This document shows, piece after piece, positions 1 to 9,224 of a stretch of DNA of 42,743 nucleotides. This DNA is from a bacterium. Lineage in GTDB: Bacteria > Hinthialibacterota > Hinthialibacteria > Hinthialibacterales > Hinthialibacteraceae. The DNA is taken from positions 1 to 42,743 of the forward strand of contig JBHGBC010000038.1 in the NCBI GenBank assembly GCA_041946805.1, written 5' to 3'. The notes under the pieces were generated by a model. It ran no database searches. It had not been told where the DNA came from and saw only the letters and a list, made by a program, of their open reading frames with translations. Position 1 is the stretch's first letter. Every line of letters starts with the position of its first letter. Made by a program: the position numbers and the translations under genes.

Positions 1-1304
1 GCGGCCAATTCCAGGGGCGCGTTGTTTTTCAATAATAGGGAGGCTTGAGAGGTACGCTCAACCAGAGTGGACAGAAGATTTTCCTGCCGCGCGCTGACTA
101 GGTAGGCCGAATCCGCCTCCCCGGGCAGCAGGCGGGCGACTTCTCGCTCCAGCACCGGCAGCAGCTCATCCACGCCGCCCTCCACCACCGCCGAGGCGCG
201 CGCCACTGGGACATCGATGGGGAATTCAAAGCTGGGTGGCATACGCTCTTCACCTGCGATATCGCATTTGTTGATCACAATTACCACCCGCGTTTCAGTG
301 GAGCGGGTTTTCAGTTCCTCCAGGACCGCGCGGTCTTCGGGCAACAAGCCGTCCGCCGCTTCGCAGATGTAGAGCACGATGTGCGACGCGGAGAGCAGTT
401 CGCGCGAGCGCCGCACGCCGATGGCCTCGATCTCCTCCCGCGTTTCCCGCAACCCCGCCGTGTCCACCAGGGTCACGGGCCGGCCTTGCAGTTCGATGGT
501 CCCTTCGAGGCTGTCGCGCGTGGTCCCCGGATGCGGCGTGACGATGGCCCGCTCGCGCCCCAGCAGGCGGTTGAAGAGGCTCGATTTCCCCACGTTAGGC
601 CGGCCGGCCAACACCACGACGATACCCTGCGCGAAGCGTTGCTCCCGCACGGAGCGCTTACGCAACGCCTCGGCCTGATCGTGGATAGCCTGGAGACGTT
701 CTTGCAGATGTTGCCCCACCGCCGCGTCTTCCGCTTCACCGGGAAACTCGATTTGCGTTTCGATTTCCACCAGCGCCGAGACCACCGCGTCCTTGATCCG
801 GGCCAAGTTGCGTGAAAACGCCCCTTCCAGCACGCGCAGCGACATCGCACGCGCCAGCCGCGTGCGGCTTTCGATCAGGTTGGCCACCCCTTCCGCCTGC
901 GCCAGGTCCATCTTGCCGTTGCGCACCGCCCGGAAGGTGAACTCCCCCGGTTCCGCCGGCCGCGCCCCCTCGCGGTACAGGATTTCGAGCAGTTGGCGGA
1001 CGACGGCCTCGCTGCCGTGGGTGTGGATCTCCGCCATATTCTCGCCTGTGTACGACCGGGGAGCGGGAAACGCCACGCACAGCCCGTTGTCCACCGGTTC
1101 GCGCGTGGAGGGATCGATCAGCGTTCCATACATCATGCGCCGGGGATGGGCGCTCAGGCGGGGGCCGCGGGAACGGAAGATCCGTTCACACAGGGCGATG
1201 GCGTCCGGACCGCTGACGCGGATCACGGCCACCGCGCCTTTGCCGGGGGGCGTGGAAGGCGCGGCGATGGTGTCTTCACGAAGATAAATCCGGGTGTCGG
1301 TCAT
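1..1304 (-). CDS. mnmE: tRNA modification GTPase MnmE (TrmE); 3' end lies outside the window
   Basis: Not in the ORF track because there is no stop in the window. Manual translation from ATG 1304 gives MTDTRIYLREDTIAAPSTPPGKGAVAVIRVSGP, G1 GRPNVGKSS, switch GTTRD, G3 DTAG and G4 NKCD, open to the window edge (...NNAPLELAA). Confidence 0.96.
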   Translation of the reverse strand, partial: MTDTRIYLREDTIAAPSTPPGKGAVAVIRVSGPDAIALCERIFRSRGPRLSAHPRRMMYGTLIDPSTREPVDNGLCVAFPAPRSYTGENMAEIHTHGSEAVVRQLLEILYREGARPAEPGEFTFRAVRNGKMDLAQAEGVANLIESRTRLARAMSLRVLEGAFSRNLARIKDAVVSALVEIETQIEFPGEAEDAAVGQHLQERLQAIHDQAEALRKRSVREQRFAQGIVVVLAGRPNVGKSSLFNRLLGRERAIVTPHPGTTRDSLEGTIELQGRPVTLVDTAGLRETREEIEAIGVRRSRELLSASHIVLYICEAADGLLPEDRAVLEELKTRSTETRVVIVINKCDIAGEERMPPSFEFPIDVPVARASAVVEGGVDELLPVLEREVARLLPGEADSAYLVSARQENLLSTLVERTSQASLLLKNNAPLELA

Positions 1305-1394
1305 GGCCCTTCTATTGTAGGCTTGGAAGGCGGGACGCATGAGCCCAGCGGCGATGACCGGTCCAGGCGGGGATTCATCCGGCGGGCGCGGGGA

Positions 1395-2618
1395 TCAGCG
1401 TGAATTCACCAGGACGGGTTCCAGGCGGGAGGGGAGATGCCCCATCTTCTCCCGCTTGGTCCGCAGATACCGTTGATTGCGGGGATTTTCGCCCACCCAG
1501 AGGGGGAGGCTTTCCACCACCTCGATTCCGTTTTCAGACAGGCCGTGGATTTTTAGCGGATTGTTGGTCATCAGCCGGATTTTTTGGATGCCCAAATCCG
1601 TAAGAATTTGCGCGGCCACGGCGTAATCCCGTTCGTCCGCCTTCCGGCCCAGGCGCAGGTTGGCATCCACTGTGTCCAGTCCCTGTTCTTGCAGCGTGTA
1701 GGCCTTCAGTTTGTTGGCCAGGCCGATACCCCGGCCTTCCTGGGCTAAGTACAGCAACACTCCGCGCCCTTCCGCTTCGATGGTCCGCAGCGCATGCCGG
1801 AACTGGGGGCCACAGTCGCAGCGCAGCGAGCCGAACAGATCGCCGGTCAGGCATTGGTCATGCACCCGCGCCAGCACGGGTTCCGGAGTCCGCACATTTC
1901 CTTTCACCAAGGCGATGTGCTCCTTGCCATCGAGGCGTCCGTTGTAGAGGCGCAGTTCGAATTCCCCGAACTTTGTGGGAAAGGGCAGCGAGACCACCTT
2001 TTCCACCAGCCGGACACGCCGCTTTTGGTACTGGATCAGTTTCTCGATCGTCAGGATGCCCAAGCCATGCTTACGCGCGAACCATTGCAGATACGGCAGC
2101 CGCGCCGAGTTCCCCATTGGATCCAGGATTTCACACAGCGCGCCCACGGGCGCGCGTCCCGCCAGGCGCGCCAGGTCCACCGCCGCTTCCGTGTGGCCCG
2201 CCCGTTCCAAAACCCCCAGGGAGCGCGCCACGATGGGAAACACATGGCCCGGGCGGGCGAAATCCTCCGGCCGCGCGTCCGGGGAAGCCAGGCGTTGCAG
2301 GGTGGCCGCCCGGTCCCTGGCCGAGACACCGGTCGTGGTCCCCTCGCGGGCGTCCACCGAGACGGTGAACTGGGTTTGATGCAACGCGGTGTTGCCATGC
2401 GCCATGGGATGCAGGCGCAGACGGCCGGCGGTTTCATCATCGGCCGCCGCGCACAGCAGGCCCCGCGCCCAAGTCACGATGAAATTCACCTGTTCGGCCG
2501 TGACCGTTTCCGCCGGGACGATCAGGTCGCCCTCGTTCTCCCGCTGCTCGTCGTCGGTCACGATCAACATCCGCCCGGATTGCAGTTGGCTGATGGCGTC
2601 TTCCACTTCGAAAAACAT
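1395..2618 (-). CDS. ribBA: Bifunctional 3,4-dihydroxy-2-butanone 4-phosphate synthase / GTP cyclohydrolase II
   Basis: DHBP synthase motifs DDEQRENEGD, RPGHVFP, RAGHTEAAVDL; GCH II motifs CLTGDLFGSLRCDC, QEGRGIGL, LMTNNP. Start moved to ATG 2618 (MFFEVEDAI), which follows an AGGAG RBS. Confidence 0.95.
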   Translation of the reverse strand: MFFEVEDAISQLQSGRMLIVTDDEQRENEGDLIVPAETVTAEQVNFIVTWARGLLCAAADDETAGRLRLHPMAHGNTALHQTQFTVSVDAREGTTTGVSARDRAATLQRLASPDARPEDFARPGHVFPIVARSLGVLERAGHTEAAVDLARLAGRAPVGALCEILDPMGNSARLPYLQWFARKHGLGILTIEKLIQYQKRRVRLVEKVVSLPFPTKFGEFELRLYNGRLDGKEHIALVKGNVRTPEPVLARVHDQCLTGDLFGSLRCDCGPQFRHALRTIEAEGRGVLLYLAQEGRGIGLANKLKAYTLQEQGLDTVDANLRLGRKADERDYAVAAQILTDLGIQKIRLMTNNPLKIHGLSENGIEVVESLPLWVGENPRNQRYLRTKREKMGHLPSRLEPVLVNSR

Positions 2619-2969
2619 GGCGGAACTCCTTTCTGGCCTGCCACGGAGGTGGATACCGGTCCACCGGGAGGCTTGTCCCCAAGAGGGGAAATGCGCGCCG
2701 GTTCCGTTGCCGTCCGCGGGGATTTCTATAGGAAAATGTAGGCCGAAAGGGGGAGCGCGGAAATTCGTAGTTTTACGGATTTTGCGATTGCGGAAAGGGT
2801 AAGTGGATGGGGGTGGGTGATAAAATTTATCATGATTTTTACTTTTTAGTAAGACAAATAAATCGATTTGCGATAAGTTTGGAAAGAGGCTGGATTTGAA
2901 CGCAGGTGAGAGAAAATTATAAAATAATGGAATATATCCGAACACGGCCAGCGGGAAAGAGAGAAGTTC

Positions 2970-3761
2970 ATGAATGCCTTGAGCGCGCATGCCAGGATGG
3001 GTTCACTGGTTGGAATACTCCTGATGGCGTTACCGATCGTTTCCTGGGAGCAAAGCCCGGCAGTCCAATCCACCGATGTGTCCGTGGCCGAAGCCATGAT
3101 TCGGGAGCAACTCGCCCGTACCTTTGTCTCCTACCGGTGGAGTCTGGTATTAAAGGAACAATTCGGAAGCGTGGGGGCCGACGCGGTGGTCAACGTGTTT
3201 AAAAATACGTTCAGCAACACCAGCCGCGGTTTTTTGATGCTCATGCTGCGTTATTTTGAGGAGCAGGGCCGGCATCAATTCCCCTTTGTTTTCCAGTATA
3301 TCCGGGATCAGGAAGGCCAGAATCTGATGGGTGATCAGTTTGACACCTTCCGGTACGCGATCGATACCGCCGCGTTTCTCGATCCTGCCAACCCGGTTTA
3401 TTTGGAATATCTCACCCACGCGATCGATAGGGATTATTGGACGGATACCAATACCCCCCGCGTGGTTGAATACGTTTCCGCATCGGGCCGGCTGGCCTTC
3501 ATGGACCCTGAGCGCGTGAAAACAGGGATTCGGAAACACGCGGCCAACGCGCTGTCCATTATCGGGACGGAAGAAAGCCTGAAAATCATCGAAAAGTGGG
3601 CGGTGATAGAGGCCCAATCCGGCGATAAACAAATGGCGTGGGGATTCTCCGGGACCGTGAACTATGTCCGTGAGTATGGCGAGATCCGGACGTTGATTTT
3701 GGAAAAGGATTACGTGATCGGCTCTCCGTCCTTGGTTCCATTCCATACAAAGAATGATTAA
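2970..3761 (+). CDS. Hypothetical, probably exported helical (HEAT-like) protein
   Basis: 263-aa ORF after an AT-rich intergenic region, with a hydrophobic N-terminal stretch (LVGILLMALPIVS) and a HEAT-like segment IRKHAANALSIIGTEESLKIIEKW. The start could be 2970 or 2997. Confidence 0.7.
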   Translation: MNALSAHARMGSLVGILLMALPIVSWEQSPAVQSTDVSVAEAMIREQLARTFVSYRWSLVLKEQFGSVGADAVVNVFKNTFSNTSRGFLMLMLRYFEEQGRHQFPFVFQYIRDQEGQNLMGDQFDTFRYAIDTAAFLDPANPVYLEYLTHAIDRDYWTDTNTPRVVEYVSASGRLAFMDPERVKTGIRKHAANALSIIGTEESLKIIEKWAVIEAQSGDKQMAWGFSGTVNYVREYGEIRTLILEKDYVIGSPSLVPFHTKND

Positions 3762-3796
3762 CCAGCGGCTTACTATCAAAAAAGGTTGTGTAACTG

Positions 3797-3880
3797 TTTA
3801 CTCCATTGCAGGAAAAGAATGAATTCCGCTCTTTTAGGGCTACCCTCACCCTGACCCTCTCCCCGAGGGAGAGGGAATCG
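3797..3880. repeat. Intergenic palindromic repeat, copy A (CCCTCACCCTGACCCTCTCCCCGAGGGAGAGGG type)
   Basis: Hairpin CCCTCTCCC-cga-GGGAGAGGG. It aligns without gaps to 4069-4152 and in part to 10944-10986. Confidence 0.75.
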
Positions 3881-4068
3881 TTTAGCGATCCCCTCGATAC
3901 TCTGCCCACGAATAAAACAATTAGAAAGTTCTGCATTCGGGTAAATAGATACAAGACTGTATCGCATGGATAGGCTCATGGCGCGCGCCGCGCGTAAGCC
4001 ATCCCAAACCTGTCCTCAAGCGCCCAGGGCGCGTGAGAAGACTGCCCATGGCGATGCCCGGGAACCAA

Positions 4069-4152
4069 TTTACTCATTTCCAAGGAAGGGATGAATTCCG
4101 CCATTTCCGGGATTCCCATACTCTGCCCCACTGCTTGAGGGAGAGGTAATCG
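4069..4152. repeat. Degenerate copy B of the same intergenic repeat
   Basis: Ungapped alignment to copy A at offset 272; 47 of 62 positions identical over 4091-4152 by manual count. The left hairpin arm has decayed. Confidence 0.65.
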
Positions 4153-4302
4153 CGGGTAGCTCTCCCCAATCCGCCGAATCGACATCCAGCCATAAGTCCG
4201 GAGAAGTGTACGCTTTTATCGGATGAACCGAAAATAAGCGAGAACATTCCGGATGAGCCAAAACGAATGAACAAGAGGTTCCGCGCTGGCCGTGGATTCA
4301 TC

Positions 4303-4770
4303 TTACTTTGGCTGGGAACGTTTGGTGGGGAGTGTTTTTTTCTTGTGGTTGGTGGGCTTGGCGGCTTTGGGCTTGGGGGATTTGGACATGGAGGCGGCGG
4401 GGCGTTTGCGTTTGCGCGCGGCGAGATATTTCTCGTATTCTTCCGGGGTTTCGATTTCCACGTAATCGATCCCCCATCCCTCATACGCCGTGAAATAATC
4501 GCAGTTGTCGGTGGAATACTCGCGGCAGGTCTCGGGCCGGGTTTCGTAGATTCCGCAGCGGAAATCGTTCGACAAGGCCTGGCAGCGCGTGGGCAGTTTC
4601 ACCAGCCAGCGGTCCTGCGATATCAACAGCGTGATCCCCTCATGCAGCAGGTACCAGCGGATGTCATCGTGGTTTCGTTGGGTCCGGGGTTTGTCGATTT
4701 CCACCGTGATATAGTGGCAGCACAGACCGGTGCACCGGCCGCACAAGGATTCATTCATGATCGGAAGCAT
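4303..4770 (-). CDS. YkgJ / CxxCxxCC family cysteine-cluster protein with a Lys-rich tail
   Basis: CGRCTGLCC, then C..L....C.IYETRPETCREY, typical of the family; GGAGG RBS upstream of ATG 4770. Confidence 0.88.
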   Translation of the reverse strand: MLPIMNESLCGRCTGLCCHYITVEIDKPRTQRNHDDIRWYLLHEGITLLISQDRWLVKLPTRCQALSNDFRCGIYETRPETCREYSTDNCDYFTAYEGWGIDYVEIETPEEYEKYLAARKRKRPAASMSKSPKPKAAKPTNHKKKTLPTKRSQPK

Positions 4771-4973
4771 GCACCCCTCCCGCCCCTCGCGACAACCTCG
4801 GAGTACGCTTCTGGATCCGGGCCGGTCAATTCACACGGAACAGTAGGAGGCTCAAAGCCGTTGAACGATCGTCTCTTGGGGCTTCCCTGGATTTTCTTTA
4901 TTATAGGGAGGTTTTCTCCGTGTGCCAGCAAAGGGAGGCGCAAGTTCACGAAAATCCAAGCAGGAGGCCCCCA

Positions 4974-5387
4974 ATGGCCGATTCCCGTAAGACGATTTAT
5001 CTCTGCGGCCCCATCATGGGCGAGGTCCAAGGCGAAGCCAAGCGCTGGCGGGAAGAGGCCAAGCGGCTGCTGGAGGGGAAGGTGCGCATCCTGGATCCCA
5101 TGCGGCGGGATTTCAAGGACAACGAGGTGGACAGCGCCAACGAGATCGTCGATTTCGACCTGCAGGATATCCGGGACGCGGACATCATCCTGGTCAATTA
5201 TTGCAAGCCCAGCATCGGCACGGCGATGGAAGTGTTTTACGCCTCGCATAACCTGGGCAAGTTCGTGGTGGCGTTTTCGCCGTTCCAATTCGCCGACTGC
5301 AATCCCTGGATGGTGCGCTTTTGTACGAAGATCCTCCCTTCCCTGGAGCAGGCCTGCGCGTACATTCATAAACACTTTCTGGAGTGA
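4974..5387 (+). CDS. Nucleoside 2-deoxyribosyltransferase / DNPH1(Rcl)-like N-glycosidase
   Basis: IYLCGP, ILDP, DLQDIRDADIILV and SIGTAMEVFYA (catalytic Glu position); AGGAGG RBS before ATG 4974. Confidence 0.82.
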   Translation: MADSRKTIYLCGPIMGEVQGEAKRWREEAKRLLEGKVRILDPMRRDFKDNEVDSANEIVDFDLQDIRDADIILVNYCKPSIGTAMEVFYASHNLGKFVVAFSPFQFADCNPWMVRFCTKILPSLEQACAYIHKHFLE

Positions 5388-5559
5388 TCCGGCGCGTGTG
5401 ATCCCGGGGTGATTCAATCCGCCGGGGATATCCGGCAAGCGCGCGATTTCCCAGGAATTCGCGCGAAATCCCGGTATAATGAAAATCCCGGCCGCCGCCT
5501 GGCTCCGCGGAATGGGCCGGCCGCGGAAAAAGTGGGAATCGATTCCCGTGAGGAAACGA

Positions 5560-8004
5560 ATGAACCGCGCAACGCATACCGTGAAAATCGACCTGCATTG
5601 CCACTCGTGGGCTTCGGACCGGCCGTCGCTGTGGTTGATGCAACGCCTGGGCTGCCCGGAAAGTTTCACATCGCCCGGGCAGGTCCGCGAATTCGCCATG
5701 CTGCGGGGCATGGATTTCGTCACCATCACCGACCACAACACCATCGCCGGGATCAAGGAAATCGAACACTACCCCAATGTCATCGCCGGGGACGAAGTGA
5801 CCGCGTATTTCCCCGGCGAGGTCAAAGTCCATGTCGTCTGCCTGGGCATGACCGAAGAGCAGCACAAGACCATTCACCAGCGGCGGGCCGACATTTTTGA
5901 GCTGGTGAAATATCTCAACGAGCAGGACATCGTCCATTATTGCGCGCACCCCCTGCACAAGGTGAACGGGCGGATGACGTGGGAACAGTTTGAAATCCTG
6001 CTGTTGCTGTTCAAACGGTTCGAGGTGCTGAACGGAACCCGCCTGCGCCGCCTGAACCAGGCCGTGGCGGGGATCATCGCCAACCTCACGCCGCAGGAAA
6101 TCGAGCGGCTCTCCCAAAAACACGGCATCGAACCGGTCGGCGAACGGCCCTGGGAGAAATACGTCACCGCCGGCTCCGACGATCACAGCGGGCTGTTTGT
6201 CGGGACCTGCTACACCTTGGTCGAAGTCGATTCGCCGACCAAGGAGGGCGTGTTGGACGGCATCCGCAAAGGCCGTACCCGGCCTTGCGGGGAGAGCGGG
6301 GGCGTGCTGACCCTGGCCCACCAGGTGAACAGCATCGCCTACCAATACTACCGCAGCCAGATCGGACCCGATTCCGGCGAATTGTTTCACATCCTGGGCC
6401 GGATTTTCGAGCGCAACCGGCCGCTCAAGATTCCTTCCCGCCTGCGATTCCGCAAGGGAATCAAAAAATTCCTGAAATACTTCTGGCGGCCCAAGGGAAC
6501 CAACCTGAACCTGATCGAGGAGATCCGGGACATTATCCGCGACAACAAGGCCTTCCGTTCGCTGTTTGAAGAGGGCCTGATGACCCGCGATGAGTACAAC
6601 GCCAACGTCTTCAATCTGTCATCCGACGTGCTGGATCAGATGATCGTCCGCGTCTGTGAAAAGCCCCACTTGCTGCACTATTTCATCCTCTTCGCTCCCA
6701 CGTTGCTGGCGTCGTACATGATGGTCTGCCGCCACCTGCACGGCGAACGCGACATCATCGAGCAGGCCGAACGTTACCTGGGCGTCCAGCACGAACCGAA
6801 GATCGCCTGGTTCACCGACTCGTTCTTGAACATGGATGGCGTCTCAAAGACCTGCCAGATGTTCCTGGAAGCCGCCCGCAAGGAAAACAAAGACCTGACG
6901 CTGGTGGTGTCGCACGAGAAAAATATCGAGGGAATGAATGGCGTGGTCAATTTCCCCCCCGTCCGCCAGTTCCCGACCCCGGGATACGATAAGATCCCCC
7001 TGTTCATCCCCTCCATCTTGAGGGTCTTGCGGTTTGTCGAGGAAAATCAGTTCGACGCCGTGGTGGTCAGCACGCCCGGGCCGGTGGGCCTCACCGGCTT
7101 GATCTGCGCCAAGTTGATGCACATACCCGTCCAAGGCATTTACCATACCGATCTGCCCCGCATCGCCCTGCAGGTGTCCGGGGATCCCATGTTCGGCGAA
7201 CTGGCGTTGATCCTCACGCGCATGTTCTACCGCCAGGTGGACCGCGTGCTGTCGCCCTCGAAATGGTACCTGGAAGACATTCTCAATCTGGGTATTCCCC
7301 TCGAGCGCACGGGAATCCTCGAACGCTGGATCGACACCACGATGTTCAATCCCGGCCGGCGCAAGGAGAATTACTGGAACACACCCTCTCCATGCAAATT
7401 GCTCTATGTGGGCCGGATTTCGACCGACAAGAACATCGACCTGTTGATCGATCTCTACAATGAGTTGGCCCCCCGCCATCCGGATTTTGTTCTCCATTGC
7501 GTGGGCGACGGGCCTTATCTCGCCGAGATGCGCCGCAAGACGTCCCATCTGTCCCGCTTTGTTCTTACCGGCGCCAAGTTCAAGCAGGACCTCGCGGCCG
7601 CCTACGCGTCGTCCGATCTGTTTGTGTATCCCGGGCTGCTCGACACCTTCGGCAACGTGGTGGTCGAGGCCCAGGCTTCCGGTCTGCCGTGCGTGGTGAT
7701 GAACGAAGGCGGGCCGCAGGAGCTCATTCTGCCCGGCGAAACCGGTTACGTGGCGCGTTCCAACGCGGAATTCATTGAGATCGTGGAGCGGTTGATGACC
7801 GATTCCGCCCGCCGCCGGGAAATGGGCCAGAAAGCCGCCGCCTACGCCGCCGAGCGGTTCTCGGAAAAGCGTATCTTCACCGAATTCTGGGAAAGCCTTA
7901 TCTCGCCTGTTCCCGCTGGATCCATGCGGCCGGGTTTCCAATTCGAACTGGGCCGCAATCACGACGGCGGAGTCATACCTCTTTTTTCCTCGCAAGGCGG
8001 GTGA
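5560..8004 (+). CDS. PHP-domain / GT4 (GT-B) glycosyltransferase fusion
   Basis: N-terminal PHP motifs DLHCHS, TITDHN, CAHP, GSDDH. C-terminal GT4 motifs YHTDLP, YVGRIS.DKN, VGDGP, DTFGNVVVEAQASGLP. Start chosen at ATG 5560; TATAAT lies at 5475-5480. Confidence 0.88.
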   Translation: MNRATHTVKIDLHCHSWASDRPSLWLMQRLGCPESFTSPGQVREFAMLRGMDFVTITDHNTIAGIKEIEHYPNVIAGDEVTAYFPGEVKVHVVCLGMTEEQHKTIHQRRADIFELVKYLNEQDIVHYCAHPLHKVNGRMTWEQFEILLLLFKRFEVLNGTRLRRLNQAVAGIIANLTPQEIERLSQKHGIEPVGERPWEKYVTAGSDDHSGLFVGTCYTLVEVDSPTKEGVLDGIRKGRTRPCGESGGVLTLAHQVNSIAYQYYRSQIGPDSGELFHILGRIFERNRPLKIPSRLRFRKGIKKFLKYFWRPKGTNLNLIEEIRDIIRDNKAFRSLFEEGLMTRDEYNANVFNLSSDVLDQMIVRVCEKPHLLHYFILFAPTLLASYMMVCRHLHGERDIIEQAERYLGVQHEPKIAWFTDSFLNMDGVSKTCQMFLEAARKENKDLTLVVSHEKNIEGMNGVVNFPPVRQFPTPGYDKIPLFIPSILRVLRFVEENQFDAVVVSTPGPVGLTGLICAKLMHIPVQGIYHTDLPRIALQVSGDPMFGELALILTRMFYRQVDRVLSPSKWYLEDILNLGIPLERTGILERWIDTTMFNPGRRKENYWNTPSPCKLLYVGRISTDKNIDLLIDLYNELAPRHPDFVLHCVGDGPYLAEMRRKTSHLSRFVLTGAKFKQDLAAAYASSDLFVYPGLLDTFGNVVVEAQASGLPCVVMNEGGPQELILPGETGYVARSNAEFIEIVERLMTDSARRREMGQKAAAYAAERFSEKRIFTEFWESLISPVPAGSMRPGFQFELGRNHDGGVIPLFSSQGG

Positions 8005-8010
8005 GGGAAT

Positions 8011-9171
8011 TCAGGAGCGGGTGGATTGGGGCACTGTCCATATGGCCGGCGCGCGTCCCCGAAGCGCCAGGATGATTCCCCACAGGGCGGCGGCGTGCAT
8101 GATAAGCAGGTGTCCCATCAGGGTGAACGGGCGGGTCCAGCGGGAGACAGGAGCAAATGGAATCAGCGCGATCCCGATTAAGGCGCCCAGGATCATCACG
8201 ATCCCCGCGCTGCTAATCAACCACGGAAACCATTGCTCCCGCAACGGCCACGCGGCGGCCAGCATCAGCAGCGAAAAGGGCAGAGTGAACCAGCGCAGGA
8301 ATTTATGCGAAAGGAATTGCCAGAAGCGCAGCGGGGTTTGGATCATCACCGGCCAGAGCATTGCGAATCCCCGCAATCCCCGCGCGACAATCCGTGAAGT
8401 GCGCCCCCACTCTTCGCCCGCTTCCGTGTGGGCTTTCTCTGAACCCAGACAGGACGGTTCGTATAGCACATAAAAGTCCTGGGCTCCGGCGCGCGCGGGG
8501 ATCTCTAAATCGTTGGCGATACGGGGATCCAGCGTTTCCACGATCTCCCGCCGCGCGATCAGCAGCGCGCCGCCGCCCACCAGCAGATTCCCCAACCGGC
8601 TTTCCAGGCGCTTGATGATGTTTTCGTACCGCCAGTAGAGCCCCGCGCCTTGCCCCACCGCGCTCCATTCGTCTCCCTGGGTGAAAACCAGTTCGCCCAC
8701 CACCACGCCCACGCGCGGATTTGCAAAATGCCGGGCCGCCGCGCGGGCGCAACCGGGATGCAGGATCGTGTTGGCGTCGGTAAAGAACAACAGATCGCCC
8801 ATGGCCAGGGGAAGCAGGCGGTTCAGGGCCGCATTCTTTCCCGCCTGTTCCTTTAACTCCACAAAGATTATGTCTGGTTGGGCCGCCAGGTACGCGGTGC
8901 TGCCATCGGTGGAAGCATCCGAGGCCGCCAGGATTTGCAGGCGTTCGCGGGGGTAGTTCAATTCCCGCACGCTTTGCAGTTTGGCCGGGAGGGATTCGAT
9001 TTCATCGCGGGCGGAAAACAGCAGGCTGACCGAGGGAGTGAATGTTTCATCCGCATTGTGACGGACCGGGCGGAAGAGGGACAAAATCAACAGCAGGAGG
9101 AGATATCCCACATAGATATAAAGAAGGATGCCGAAGCATCCCCAAAAGACGATCGCGTAAAATGGTTCCAT
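8011..9171 (-). CDS. GT2 family membrane glycosyltransferase (PgaC/IcaA-like)
   Basis: N-terminal TM helix, SDASTD, GKNAALN, FTDAN, NDL, EWGRTSRI, SHKFLRW, and C-terminal TM helices. Confidence 0.88.
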   Translation of the reverse strand: MEPFYAIVFWGCFGILLYIYVGYLLLLLILSLFRPVRHNADETFTPSVSLLFSARDEIESLPAKLQSVRELNYPRERLQILAASDASTDGSTAYLAAQPDIIFVELKEQAGKNAALNRLLPLAMGDLLFFTDANTILHPGCARAAARHFANPRVGVVVGELVFTQGDEWSAVGQGAGLYWRYENIIKRLESRLGNLLVGGGALLIARREIVETLDPRIANDLEIPARAGAQDFYVLYEPSCLGSEKAHTEAGEEWGRTSRIVARGLRGFAMLWPVMIQTPLRFWQFLSHKFLRWFTLPFSLLMLAAAWPLREQWFPWLISSAGIVMILGALIGIALIPFAPVSRWTRPFTLMGHLLIMHAAALWGIILALRGRAPAIWTVPQSTRS

Positions 9172-9224
9172 TCCCGTGGCAGCCTGTGCGCGGCGATGGA
9201 TTGCGGGCTTCCCTCCGGGAGGGA

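Noticed and set aside
1840..1870. Inactivated GTP cyclohydrolase II (HDQC instead of HSEC)
   Set aside because: All three Zn-binding Cys and the downstream QEGRG and TNNP motifs are intact, so this is probably a tolerated variant.
2619..2800. FMN riboswitch upstream of ribBA
   Set aside because: The leader has hairpins but lacks the conserved RFN blocks (AGGGC.GGGTGAAATTCCC.ACCGGCGGT and CCGAC.GT.A.AGTCCGGATG). The 123-aa N-terminal extension in the ORF track is also unsupported, given the RBS at 2618.
3797..4152. Diversity-generating retroelement TR/VR pair
   Set aside because: Mismatches are not confined to adenines, both copies are intergenic, and there is no reverse transcriptase in the window.
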